From Azolla caroliniana (taxonomy: Eukaryota; Plantae; Polypodiophyta): a stretch of 64,000 bases of DNA. The stretch lies in assembly GCA_043228905.1 (NCBI GenBank), contig JBHGNT010000011.1:9548001-9612000 (forward strand). Direction: 5' to 3'. The notes beneath the pieces were generated by a model. That model did no database searches. It worked only from the letters and a program-made list of their open reading frames with translations, and was not told where the DNA came from. Position numbers and translations under genes: made by a program. Positions 12,870-25,727 of this stretch are shown in pieces; position 1 is the stretch's first letter; each line of letters opens with the position of its first letter.

Positions 12870-13349
12870 AATAAAGTCTATATCAAGCCTAGTATTGATA
12901 AACAGCAAAAAGTCTCTTCAAAAGAATCATGCAATAATGTTGAGGGTTCATTATTGAGTCAAGTCGGGGACAATTTTAAAGATACGTCTCCAATAGAAAC
13001 AATCAAGGATAAGATTCTTAGAGATGTTTTAGGTAAATGGATGATAGAATGTAATAGGATACGTGTAAAATTAACCAATGCTACAATTCGGTTCTCACCG
13101 GATCTGCATCATCCAATTCTCACCGGGCCTTCATCATCCCATCCGGAGGGACCGAGATCCTAACAAATAAAGTCTATATCAAGCCTAGTATTGATAAACA
13201 ACAAAAAGTCTCTTCAAAAGAATCATGCAGTAATGTTGAGGATACGTCTCCAATAGAAACAATCAAGGATAAGATTCCTAGAGATGTTTTAGGTAAATGG
13301 ATGATAGAATGTAATAGGATACGTGTAAAATTAACCAATGCTATAATTC
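12794..13349. repeat. tandem duplication spanning the LTR/host junction (296 + 260 bp)
   Basis: 12794-13089 is repeated at 13090-13349 with a 36-bp internal deletion. Confidence 0.9.
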
Positions 13350-15255
13350 CTTGAGATGATAATTTGAGATGAAGGTTGAGCATTTTTTTCGAAAAACAGT
13401 CATAAGATTATAGTGCAATGAGTGTGGAGAACCCTATGGTGGTGGTTCTACAGAAGCAAAAGTAGCAAATGTGTGTCTTAATAAATATTTTAGAAGCCAT
13501 ATTAAGATCCAAAGTCATGAAAACCAATATTATGCTGGAAGGGGGTTAAGCCAACAAGATGAATAAATAAACTTATCTAAAATAGATGACAAGGCCTATA
13601 TCAAGTCTTCGTTGGAAGTTCCCAAGACTTTTAATGACACTACAAGTGGTAAGCGTGTTTGTACTTTAAACCTTAGTATTGTAGTTATGAATAATATGCT
13701 AATATATGTGAAAACTATTTTTTTATAGATGCAGAATTTGATTTAATAGAGGCAACACTTCATGGATATAAAGATAATGCAATGGTGAAGGTAAAAGGCA
13801 AGATTGATGGATCTTGGTTGCGATTATGCCCTCCACGGAGTGATTTGTCAACAATTTTGTCTCAACACATATGGAGATGGTTGGACATGTTGGTACACCA
13901 ATAATGAGTGGATTTCCGAGTCATCCACCAAAACAAGGAGCTTTACCTTCAAATCAACAAACCTTGAGAAAATTTCTTGTTTCAACCATGCAACCTTTGT
14001 CTAGTCAAGAATGTGAGTTCTCTACTCCACATTATTTTGGTTTGTCACTATTGTGTTGGGGATATTGGCATAACAACATAATGATAAACGATTATGGATT
14101 CTAAATAATCCAATTTATAATATGGGGAAACATTTTTGGATGTACAAATATCTTGTCACTTTGTAGTTTTACTTATAAAAATGTTTCGTGACTTTTATCC
14201 ACAACTAAAATGTCCATTGCATCTCACAGATTCTGATGGAGCTGAGATATTTTTTAGTAAAATAGGGGGGAATGATTGGTATGGAGTGTGCATTTGATAT
14301 ATCAAATGTTTTGCACTGCAACGGAAATGTAAACAAGCTTGCCAAATTTGAGTGCATTGATAGTGGATTGGTTTCGAAGAGCTCAAAAGAAGCAAGAATC
14401 AATATTGTCTAAACTCAATTTCATGCATGGCAAGCTTCTTGCAAACTTACAAGACTACATTGATATCTCAAATGATGATCAACTTGTTTTTGCACTTAAA
14501 GAAGGTTTAAAAGAAGCAAAAATTTTATGTGAGTCGTTAAATATGAAGCCTAAACACAATGGGCAATGGTGGAATTATCCCAGGATAGAAACAAAACAAT
14601 CCTTGAGTTATATATATGGAGAGAAAGATGATGAAGAATGTGTTGAACACAATAAAAACTCAACAATGCATGAATGTGTGGGGAATGATGATGAGATTGC
14701 AATAAGTGAAATTCGCCATGAATTGGATGCTATATTGGATGACAACAATGTGAACTCTAAAATCTCTTCATTTGTTCAAGTGGATGATAAGATTATATTT
14801 AAATCGACACTCATGAGTCATCTAAATGGTAATCTAACATTGTCAAAGGATAGACTCACACGTGTATGAGAAAGGGGTCTTCTTCTACTCATGTGAGAAT
14901 GCAAATAATTTCCTAAATGGAAATGGGAACCTAATTGGGATTGATTCAAATTGTGTTGTATTCTTTATTGAAGAAGATGTTAATTCAACAACTTGACCCA
15001 AAAGAAAAGGAATATCACGTGAAAATGTTGTTTGGTACTTAGGACGGGTACAAAGGATGCGAAGAAAGATTGGAAATAAATTTGTGGAGTACATGAGAGG
15101 AATTGACTTGATGGATAGACTTGAAGATGTTTAACTACAACTTTGTTGGTATTGGAAGATTAAACAGAGTAGATTATTTGCATATGATCTAACAGATATA
15201 AAAATGGTTGACTCTGAGTCAATTATTGGACTAGCAAACCTCACATGTACCTCCA
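12870..15255 (+). pseudogene. decayed DNA-transposase-like gene (possibly P-element/THAP9-like)
   Basis: Manual translation gives CNECGEPYGGG...RSHI...H, FLDVQISCHFVVLLIKMFRDFYPQLKCPLHLTDSDGAEIFFSKIGG, LSKDRLTRV and WYLGRVQRMRRK; many frameshifts. Confidence 0.5.
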
Positions 15256-15344
15256 GTAATCCTATAATTAACAACCCGACCAGCCCGCCTCTTCATGCTG
15301 AAGACTTCCCAATCATGTACCGACCGAATCTTATACCCTAGCGT

Positions 15345-16066
15345 TGTCGTAGTGTATTCCACACACTACGTGAAAACCATAAAATAATATATCCGATTTT
15401 AGATACATATAAATAAATAAATAATATATCAAAATATTTATCACGTGCATAAGGCAAGATTCAAACCCTATACCTCCACGTAGCCAAACCTCAACTTTAC
15501 CATTATGCTACCTTATCTTTAGTGTTCTACAAAATAGATTTAATAACTATAAGTGCTTTATTTGTGCCTACCTTTATTAAAAGGTAAATCATGCATTTTT
15601 AGAGTGCGTGAATATTTTATAGAAAAACGCAAGCAACTAAAAAGTGACTCATGCACATCTAGCGTGCATGAGCACTATATTTAGCAAATAAAAACAAGGA
15701 TTAGAAAAGCATCACATGCATATTTAGTGTGCATGAACATATTAGAAAAAAGCATGTAACTATGCTTAGTCTCTCCCATCACTATATAAGGATGGGGAGC
15801 ACATTGTAGTTTTTGTTGATTATTTTTCTATAATGATCAATCAATCTAAAATATTTGTGGGATTCACAAATTTGCTAAAATAATTCTCTCTTACTACCTA
15901 AATATTGACTAAATATACTAAACTCGTGGGATTCACAAGATTCTTATCTTATAACTCTTTTTACCTATTCTTTACTAGCCTTATTTGTATTTTTCTTCCT
16001 CCTAGTCCAAAACCTCGGCAGTTCCCACCCGACTCACGCAACGATCCGGAGCCGAAAGGCACGACA
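15345..16066 (+). repeat. 5' LTR (722 bp)
   Basis: TGTCG...CGACA; about 7 substitutions and one 3-bp indel relative to the 3' LTR (counted by eye). Confidence 0.95.
15446..15517 (-). other. tRNA-like (Pol III A/B box) module inside LTR U3; second copy at 21842-21913
   Basis: GATAAGG-TAGCATAATGG...GGTTTGAATCYTG-CCTTATGCA; acceptor-like stem ATAAGG/CCTTAT. Confidence 0.6.
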
Positions 16067-16070
16067 CAGT

Positions 16071-16087
16071 TGGTGAACCCGACATGA
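16071..16087 (+). promoter_or_regulatory. primer binding site, tRNA-Trp
   Basis: TGGTGAACCCGACATGA, near-match to the tRNA-Trp PBS type TGGTGA(A/C)CCCGACGTGA. Confidence 0.8.
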
Positions 16088-16105
16088 AAACCGGGTGGCA
16101 AGGAG

Positions 16106-18151
16106 ATGGAAAATCAACCGGAGGCTAGCAACATGATAATGATGTTCGAGCGCATGCTACAAGAACAACACGCGATGTCGGAGATAGCGGCATCAATAGA
16201 GCAGCTCGTGCAACGAAACAGGCAATTCAACGGGAAAGAAGTGTCACGGTATCTTCGGGACTACAAGGCAGAGATGCTACGGTGCGGAATATCGGAAGGA
16301 CTGCAAGTGACGTCCTTTAACCGGGTGGCGACCGATGGGCTTCAAGCAAGCATCCATGGGCTACGACAACAAAATCCGACATGGGAGGCGTTTGAAGAAG
16401 AAGAGCTAAAGAGGACGTTCGCCATCGAGGATTCCTCCAAGGCGACGCGAAGGGGATTTGAAGATTGGGTTGAGACGCCGGACAAGGGATTGAAGGTTGT
16501 TGATGTGTTTTCGGCATTCGAAAGTTGGTTCGGGAGGTTGTCCGCGAGAGATCAAGCTATCCTCGTACCGGACAAGGTGATCATGTTCTTGCGAGCTGTG
16601 GACGTTCGGGACCGGAAAGATCTCGGAGTGCTCTTGGAGGACACGACCACGAAGAGTGGCCTCACCGAAACATGGGAAAGCGTGCGGGATATCGTCGCGC
16701 GATACACAAAGAGGGGGCAATGGCTTGCCAACGAGGAAAAGAGGGTTTCGGAACCGATTCCGAAACCGAGAACCGGATTGGAAGACCATTAACCTAGGGC
16801 TCGGGAGACTACAACCGAGAAGGGGATTGATGCATCTTTGGTGGAGCAACTATTGAAGGAGATGGAGAATCTGAAGATCGCGATGGTGAAGAAGTCGGAT
16901 GACCGCCCCACATGCTCCAAGTATACGGACCGACGGTGCATATGGTGCGATAGCGCCGAACACGATCGGAGGGATTGCGACGAGCATAAGGAGGCGCTAC
17001 GGCGGGATCTCATCTACTACGAGGGAAACCGGATTCATTCGATGGACTCTTGGAAGCCACTCCGACCGAACTTCTGGAAAGGCGGCATGAAGAAGGTGCT
17101 CGAGGAGGAATTGGCGGCAAGAGGCAACTATGCGACAACCACGGGAATATGTGTCGGGGAGTCATCGAGAGCAAAGACGTCTTTTTGACCGGAAGTTCTA
17201 GAAAACACCGAGAAAACCAACTCCAACGAGATCCAAAGCACCGCGGAAGGCGTCCGGGAAGCTACGGGATGGGAGTGCCCTGTTGACAAGAATAGCGTAT
17301 ACGCCCTGTGTCAATTGCATAAGGTGTATGTGGACGAGAAACGACGACCCACCGAGGATGCGGGCGGGCCATCGAAGATACCGGAAATCTAGAACTCCGG
17401 AGGTAAGGGAAAAGAAAAGGCGACTCCGGCATTCAAGCTCACCTCGGACATAGAACAACAAACCGACTTGAAAAGAGTGTTCGAGGAAAGGATCTTGGAT
17501 AGCCAGGTAGATTTCTCGCTTCGGGAGCTACTCGGAATAGCAAAGAAGGAGTTCCACGATCTTCTCGTGGATCTCGTGAAGCGAAAAAGACAAAGTACAG
17601 AGGAAAATGCTCCAAGGGTGAATGCGAACACCGTTTTAATGAACGACACCGAAGTGGAGGACGAAATTCCGAACTCCCACTATACAAGGCCACATTGGGC
17701 ACGCGCGACTACGGAGACTCTGGTCCGAATCGGCAACATCAAAGAACCCGTGCTAGCATTGATTGATCACGGATCGGAGATCAACTTGATGTCCAAGGAG
17801 TTCTACCGGAAGGGGAAGTGGCCTATTAACACCAACCATGGATGGAAGATTCAAGCGGCCACCAAAGCAACGGAAGATCTATTTGCGGCTTGTCCGGATG
17901 TGACGGTGAAGATCGGGGATGTCGAGATCGACCAAAATTTCTTCATGCAAGATGAGGTTTCACATTCCGTCATCCTCAGCCAACCCTTTATCACGGCATC
18001 ACGGATGGAGACGAAGGTGCTCAATAGCGGTGCGGCTTTTGCGCGAATTCGGAGCCAAAACGGTGGGAAATCCGTCCAATTCCTAACGGTGCCGGCAAAT
18101 CACGAAAGGAACAAGAGGGAACTTTTGTCCCAAGTGAGAATGGATTTTTAA
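16106..18151 (+). pseudogene. gag: gag-protease (CCHC, DUF4100-like region, aspartic protease), with in-frame stops
   Basis: QFNGKEVSRYL, CIWCDSAEHDRRDC, FSLRELLGIAK, LIDHGSEIN. Confidence 0.88.
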
Positions 18152-18205
18152 AGAGGACTGTTGCGGAGTGGGGAAGTGATAGTCCGAGAAGCCCTGATAC
18201 CCCAC
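18142..18205 (+). promoter_or_regulatory. putative -1 programmed ribosomal frameshift signal (G_GAU_UUU + pseudoknot); homolog at 6221-6285
   Basis: Heptamer lies directly before the gag-pro stop, followed by a 6-nt spacer, stem GGACTGTTGC/GTGATAGTCC and loop GTGGGG pairing with CCCCAC; the -1 frame is open into RT. Confidence 0.7.
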
Positions 18206-21200
18206 ACAGGAAGAAAACTCTCGGAGCAAAACATGTACGAATTGGTCCGGATGGGGCATCTACGTACACGACCGTAACCGGAGGATTGAAGAAAGGATAC
18301 CGACAAGTGGAGGATAAGTTGCGATCGGCATCAATAATAAAAGAAGATGAAGAAATCATGGGGATAGTCGAAGAAGTGTTCTATGGGAGCACGCTACAAC
18401 GACTTGAAGAGCTTGCGGAAGATAAAACCCAAGGGAACCGGGTAGTCCTGGTGGAATCGATCGAGATGTACGAGATCATTGCGAAAATGGAGCCGGATAT
18501 GCTCCGCAAAGAAGAAGCAATGGTAAGTACGAAATACAAGACCGTGGAGAAGAAGGTGAAACCAGCCGCGGGACCACTACCCGCCGATAGCGAAAAAAAG
18601 AGGAAAGAAGTCTCGGGAGATCCGACACTTCGGAAGTCCGTGGATATCGGACATGCCTTCAAGGATGAGACCCGGAAGAAACTTCGGATCGGTGAAGGTG
18701 GGTTCCTATTACAAAAAGAAGAAGAACGGTTTCGCGAGATGTTGGAGCAACACGGCAAAGCGTTTGCATTTACATCAAGGGAGATAGGGTGCGTCGATCT
18801 GAGAATAGTGGAGCCGATGGTGATCTTCACGATTGACCATGTACCGTGGAACTTGAAGCCGATTCCGGTGCCACGAGCGCATATTCCGAAAGTCATTGAC
18901 TTGCTCAAGGTGAAGGTGGTGATGGGGATTCTAGAGCCATCAATTGCTCCGTACTCAAATCGATGGTTTACGGTTCCGAAGAAGAATGGGTCACTCCGAT
19001 TTATCCAAGACTTGCAACCAGTGAATAAGATCACGATCCAGAACTCGGGAGTCGGTCCGATAGTGGACGAATTTGCGGAAGCTTTTGCCGGTCGTGCGAT
19101 ATACTCCATCGGATACCTATACTCAGGGTATGACCAATTCCAACTAGCCGTGGAGAGCCGAGACATCACAACCATGCGAACACCGATAGGATTAGTCCGA
19201 ATGTGCACACTACCACAAGGAGCAACAAACTCGGTTGCTCATATGATGAACGCGATGAACAAGGTGCTTCGAGACTGCATTCCGGAGATAACGATGCCGT
19301 TCCTCGATGACATTCCGATGAAAGGATGCGCGGTAGAAGAAAAAGATGAGACTATGGATGATCGGGGATTCTGAAAGTTCGTGGTCGACCATATTCATGA
19401 TTGTGAGAAAGTGTTGCGAAAGCTAGAAGATGTGCACCTAACACTTTCCGGGGAGAAATCGGCATTCGGGCAAGAAGAAATATTGGTGGTCGGACATCTA
19501 TGTGGGCCCTACGGCCGAAGACCGTCACCAACAAAGATCGATGCGATTCAAGCTATGGAGGAAATATGCGAGTCAACATCCGAAGTCCGAAGGTTTCTCG
19601 GTGCATGTGCATTCTATCACATATGGATTCCGCACTATGCACATATAGCGGACCCGCTCTACCACTTGTTGCGGAAAGGTAAGAAATTCGAATGGAAACC
19701 GGAACACACCAAAGCCATGAAGAAATTGAAGAAGACACTTCGGAGGGCGGAAGCACTTAAGAAGCCGAGCTACGACCGACCGATCATAGTAACGGTTGAT
19801 ACAAGTCCAACCGGTATCGGGTGGGTCATCAATCAAGCCGACTCGGATGGTTCGCGGTATCCGATCCGATTCGGAGCAAAGGTTCTCAACGAAAGGCAAC
19901 GTGGATATGCACAAGTCAAAAGAGAACTGTGGGGAGTCGTGTCGGTGATAAAATCGGATCGGGATTATTTGATCGGAGCCGAAGTGGTGATCGAGACAGA
20001 TTGTCTTCCGATACTCGGGATGATGCGGTGTTGTACGATACCGGATGTAGCTATGCTAAGGTGGGTTGCATATGTCAAGTCGCTTAATCTGGAGGTTCGA
20101 CACATCTCGGGGAAGGACAATGCGGTAGCGGATATGTTATCAAGGGCTCGGTTCGGAGACGACATAACCGAATCGGATAATGAAGAAGTTTCCGAAGACT
20201 ACTTCGTGTCGGAGGACATATGCCGAGTGAACGTAATCCGAGAATTCCGGGAAGAAGAATACGAGGGAGAAAGCTTGATGATCAGAAAGATGTTACAAGA
20301 GGCCGAGGACTCAACAAACGTTAAAGGAAGAACAGCCGAGATCCGAAGGAAGAAGAGGCAAGTCCAAAAGTTCACTCTTGGAAAACGGATTAATATGGAG
20401 GGCGCCGAAAAGACCGGATGGTATACCACTTCGAGTAGTCGGAACAAAAGAGCAACAAAACCGGATAATGTCCGAGTTTCACGAATCCGATTGGGCTGGA
20501 CACCGAGGAACATGGGCAACATTTGTGAAGATCAAGCAAAAATATTGGTGGAAGAAAATGTACAAAGATGTCGCGGAGTTCACGGAAAGCTGCGAGAAAT
20601 GTCAAGTCTACTCCGGGGTTCGACATTGAGATGAGTTACATCCGACATTCTCACCGACAATCAACTTCAAGTGGATGGTCGACATAGTGGCCATGCCGAC
20701 CGGGAACGGACAAAAGCAATACTTGGTATTAGCTCGGGAAGATCTCACGAATCAAGTAGAAGGTCGAGCGCTTCGGAGGAAAACGTATTCCGCGGTATGC
20801 CAATTTCTTTTGGAGGAAGTATTTTGCAGGTACGGGTGCGTAGGGCAAGTGATTGCGGACCGGGGAGAACTCGACTCGAACAAAGCTAGGGGATTATTCG
20901 CCAAACACGGAGTTCGGTTATCGCTGACAACGGCATACAATCCGGAGGCCAACGGGAAAATCGACAAGGACATAGTCCGATCGTGAAAGCACTTGCGAAG
21001 GCATGCGATGGAAAGGTGAAGGACTGGCCACAGATGCTTCCGTATGCACTATGGGCAGATCAGAGGACGCATAGCTCCGTAACCGGTTACATGCCGGCAG
21101 CACTCATGACCGGACAAGCACCGGTAATGCCGACGGAAACCGCGATCGCAACATGGACAGTGCTATCGTGGAAGGAAGAGATGAGCCGGGAAGAACTACT

Positions 21201-21740
21201 AGCGGTCCGGATACGACAACTAGAGGGAAGACCAGCAAACATAGCGGAAGCAATACGCCGACAACAAGAAGCACGGTTCCGGAACAAAAGCCGGTTTGAC
21301 ATAAAGCACCGACTACGACCGAGGAGGATTGAAGAAGGAGATTGGGTGATCTTCTATGACAGTAGTTTGGACCATCAACATACAACGATGCGGAAATTCG
21401 CGAAAAGGTGGTTCGGGCCATACGAGGTTCAGAAAGTATTCGACAACGGAACGTACCGACTGTCCGAGTTGGATGGAACAATACTACGAGTGCCTATACC
21501 CGGGAAGCGGGTGAAGATTTTCAAGAAGCGGACCGACGACAAACCCTATGTGATCCAAGCCAAGGCCGACAACGAGGAGCAATCGGACGAAGACCACGGT
21601 GATGCGGGAAGCGAAGAAAGTGAATTACAACTCATAGTCCCCATTAGGGGAGAATCGGAGGAAGCTTTGGGTGAAGACGGATATGAGGAATCGAGAACTT
21701 CGGCACATACCAGAGGATGTGCGGGTTCGGAGGGGGCGAG
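18142..21740 (+). pseudogene. pol: pol (RT-RNase H-integrase)
   Basis: FIQDLQPVN, YSGYDQFQL, FLDD, VDTSPTG, IADRGE, NPEANGK, WFGPY; a few stops and frameshifts. Confidence 0.92.
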
Positions 21741-22465
21741 TGTCGTAGTGTATTCCACACACTACGTGAAAACCATAAAATAATATATCCGATTTTAGAT
21801 ACATATAAATAAATAAATAATATATCAAAATATTTATCACGTGCATAAGGCAGGATTCAAACCCTATACCTCCACGTAGCCAAACCTCAACTTTACCATT
21901 ATGCTACCTTATCTTTAGTGTTCTACAAAATAGATTTAATAACTATAAGTGCTTTATTTGTGCCTACCTTTATTAAAAGGTAAATCATGCATTTTTAGAG
22001 TGCGTGAATATTTTATAGAAAAACGCAAGCAACTAAAAAGTGACTCATGCACATCTAGCGTGCATGAGCACTATATTTAGCAAATAAAAACAAGGATTAG
22101 AAAAGCATCACATGCATATTTAGTGTGCATGAACATATTAGAAAAAAGCATGTAACTATGCTTAGTCTCTCCCATCACTATATAAGGATGGGGAGCACAT
22201 TGTACTAGTTTTTGTTGATTATTTTTCTATAATGATCAATCAATCTAAAATATTCGTGGGATTCACAAATTTGCTAAAATAATTCTCTCTTACTACCTAA
22301 ATATTGACTAAATACACTAAACTCGTGGGATTCACAAGATTCTTATCTTATAACTCTTTATACCTATTCTTTACTAGCCTTATTTGTATTTTTCTTCCTC
22401 CTAGTCCAAAACCTCAGCGGTTCCCACCCGACTCACGCAACGATCCGGAGCAGAAAGGCACGACA
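21741..22465 (+). repeat. 3' LTR (725 bp)
   Basis: Near-identical to 15345-16066. Confidence 0.95.
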
Positions 22466-24960
22466 GCGTCCTCCCCCAAGGCAAGTACTTTTGTTGTCCA
22501 AGCATCATACCATCTTCACTTCTAATCCTAGGGTTCCAAAACAATGTTTGTCGTAGCTGTTCATCCAGTGTTTTCGGTTGCATTAATACCAACCCTTCTC
22601 TTAAACTTGACCATGCCTTCATTATGGCATGAACCACCCTATCCTTCATGCTAGCTAGTTCTTTCAACTTTAGAGCTGGACTGAACAACCACCATGTATT
22701 TGCCTGCCAAGGACCACCATTCCTAGGACACCAAAGGTCAGCTCTATTCCTAAGGAGCACCTTCCACAATTCTGGTCTAGGTCGCAAACTTCGCACCAAA
22801 ATCTTACCAAGTAGAGCCTTACTTTGGTAAACTAGATCCACCAGTCCAAGTCCTCCCTCATTCTTTGTCTTAATTAAACAACCCCATGCCACTTTAGCTG
22901 ATGCCATTTCATTGTCTCTACCCGACCACAAGAAGCTTCTTTCCATTGCCTTAATATTTTTTATGCAGGCTTTGTCTAACATCCAACATGCCACTGAATG
23001 CCACCACCACAACCCTACCAGCAAGGGAGAGCTTTACTGATGCCCATAACCTAAGCTTTTTTCTAATTTTGTCTTGGACTTGCTCAAGCTACTGATTTTT
23101 AGGTGTCTCAACTCCCACCAAGAAGCCCAAATACTTAATAGCCATGCCATTGGGGACCCATTGAAAATCAACGTTAGGACACCATAATGGTCATGGGTTT
23201 GAACTTACCCAAAATCCTCTACTTTTGTTCCAGTTAATTTTCTCCCCTGACGCTTTGCAAAACCACTAAATCCGTCCTTCAGCCTTCTGTAGATTAGCAT
23301 CATTCCATTGCAAGTAAAGCATAGTGTCATCTGCATACTCAGAGTCCAGCAACTCCTTACTCGCATGTGGAATAACTAAACCCCTTATTCCTGCATCCGA
23401 TCTGTTCAGAAAGAAAGAGAATGCCTCTGTAATAAATAAATAAAGATAGGGGGCCAACGAGCACCCCTATCTAACAGACCTACGTAATGGAATGGATGGG
23501 CCACAATGCCCTGCCACTAACAACCTACTCGAACTTCCTTTGTAAAGGGCTAGCGCAACCGATCGCCACTTTAAAGGTAAAGCCAACCTTTCCATGACTT
23601 TATCTAAAAAAGGCCACTGAACTCTATCATATGCCTTCTCAAAGTCAAACATGAGACAGGCAATGTGTTGATTGGTTTTCTTTGCCAAGGCAATTGCCTC
23701 CCAAAATGTCAACACATTATCAATCATGCATATGTTTTCCATGAACCCTGTTTGTCCACATGGATTAGTTCTTGCAGGTAGGGTTTTACCCTCTTGGCTA
23801 GTATATTAGCAAATATCTTATATATTGTGTTCAGCAGCGTGATTGGTCTCCATTGCCTTGCATCAGTTGTTACACTTTGTACCTTAGGAATTAGAAATAT
23901 CATCCCCTCTTAAAATTGCTCAGGTAAGTACCCAACATCCCATGCCTCTTTTAGCCCATCAACCAAATCTGCCTTGATCACGTCCCAAAAAATTTCAAAA
24001 AAAATTCTTGATAATCCATCGAAGCCTGGACAGGACGTTCTACAAATACCTGCCAAAGCATCAGCCACCTCCTCCTCCAAGAGAGGCCTCGCCAAATTAG
24101 CTTGTGCCGCATCTAAAATTTTGTGTTGCATCCCTCTAGCACATATTCTATCATAGCAGGTTGTTCGAGACTATTGTAACTATCCAAAAGCAACTCATGA
24201 TACTATGAGGTGACCGCCTCCAAAATCTCTGAAATATCCTCCGACATAGAGCCATCTTCCTTAACCAGCTTCAAATTGTAGCTATAGTTTGTTCTAGGTT
24301 GTTTATGCATGAAATTTTGTTTATTCACCTTATCCCCATTTTTGCTCCACCATGCCGCCGAACTCCTAAATAGCATCGTATTTCTGGATGCAATCAAGCA
24401 TTGCAACATTTCTCTAGCGGCCTCGAGGCCTGCCCTAGAACATTGGCATTGGGGATCTTTCTGTAGAAGCCTTTGGGCAGCCGCTATTGATCTCCTTAAA
24501 CACATTTCTTCCTCCTTAGACCTCGCAATTCTAATTTTCATCACCCTACGGAGATAAGTTGATGTTTCGATAATCTTCCCTCGAAGTTTATCAAGTGCGC
24601 CACACCCAGCCGAATTGATTTCCCATATACGCCTTATGTTTCTACTCACCTCCGCATCCTCAAAAAGTTTTTTGTTGATCCTCACATTGCAGTCCCTTGT
24701 TGGTCTCCTCGGCATTTCTAACGTTATCTTAACCGGCATATGATCGGAGTAGGTTAAACCTGCAATGATTTCAAAATTGGTTCCAAATTTTTCTAGTTCC
24801 GGACTGATGTATATTCTGTCTATGCGACACATGCATACTGCAGCCTCCTCTCGAAAAACTTAGCGAACTTCGAGGCTTTTTTATTACATGCCAGGCATCT
24901 TTCACCCCCATTCAATCCATCAGCAAATCCCACGCAACTAGCTCAACCCCCTACACCACC
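22466..24960 (-). pseudogene. LINE ORF2 (partial endonuclease + RT)
   Basis: RIDRIY, SDHMPV, CPGFDG, WRPITLLN, DFEKAYDRV, YADDT, EGGLGL. Confidence 0.88.
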
Positions 24961-25727
24961 ATTGACATACTACCGCATTGCATCCTCTATTTCCTCCTCA
25001 TGGAGTTGCAATACCTCATGGAGGCAGTCTACCCTCTCTTCTATGCTTAGTAGCAATTGTTTTTTAATGCATGAATCATTGACCCTCCCACAGATCATTT
25101 TAGCATTCTTCCACATCACTCTCCAGTTATCTCCATTCGAAGTGATGGGCAAATTGTTAAAGTACTTGTTCGCCCTATTAGTATGGAACTCGAGATCCAT
25201 TCCATGTTATTGGCTGAAATCTCCAGGTCTATCACGTCAAAAGATAAACAAGCATTTGGCAACTTGTTGCGTTCATTGACAACCACATAAACCCTCAGCC
25301 TTGGGCCTTCCTCATGACATAAGTCAATCATTCTCTTGAGAGCCTAATGGCTAAACCTACACCCCTTGTCGAACCTATCCCTGACTGATCTTTTGGACTG
25401 AACAAATTTCACCGGAACTCGAGCATCTACGCCTAAAGTTACTTGTCTTATCTCATGCAACTTCTGAGTTTCGGAATTGATTGGTGAGCTTTCTTGCCCC
25501 CTCCCAGTACGCAACCACTCTTTCACCGCTCTCAGTCCGATACTTCCACTATTACCAAGCAAGGCATCAAGTGTGCACACTACCACCTCTTCAACATTAT
25601 TTGAGCTTTGATCCTAAAACATATCCTCTTCTTCCAACAATGCCTCAAAGTTATTCTTCAACCTTACATGAGGCATAGTTGTGTTTCCTTCTTGCTCCAA
25701 GCGATTTTTTCACCCCAAAACCAAAGT

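Larger units (their letters stand above)
15345..22465 (+). mobile_element. full-length DUF4100/Phygy-type Ty3/Gypsy element with 4-bp TSD GCGT
   Basis: Paired LTRs, Trp PBS, PPT GGAGGGGGCGAG; GCGT at 15341-15344 and 22466-22469. Confidence 0.95.

Noticed and set aside
15446-15517. Functional tRNA gene
   Set aside because: No valid anticodon arm and an imperfect T arm; the same applies to the other tRNA-like modules.
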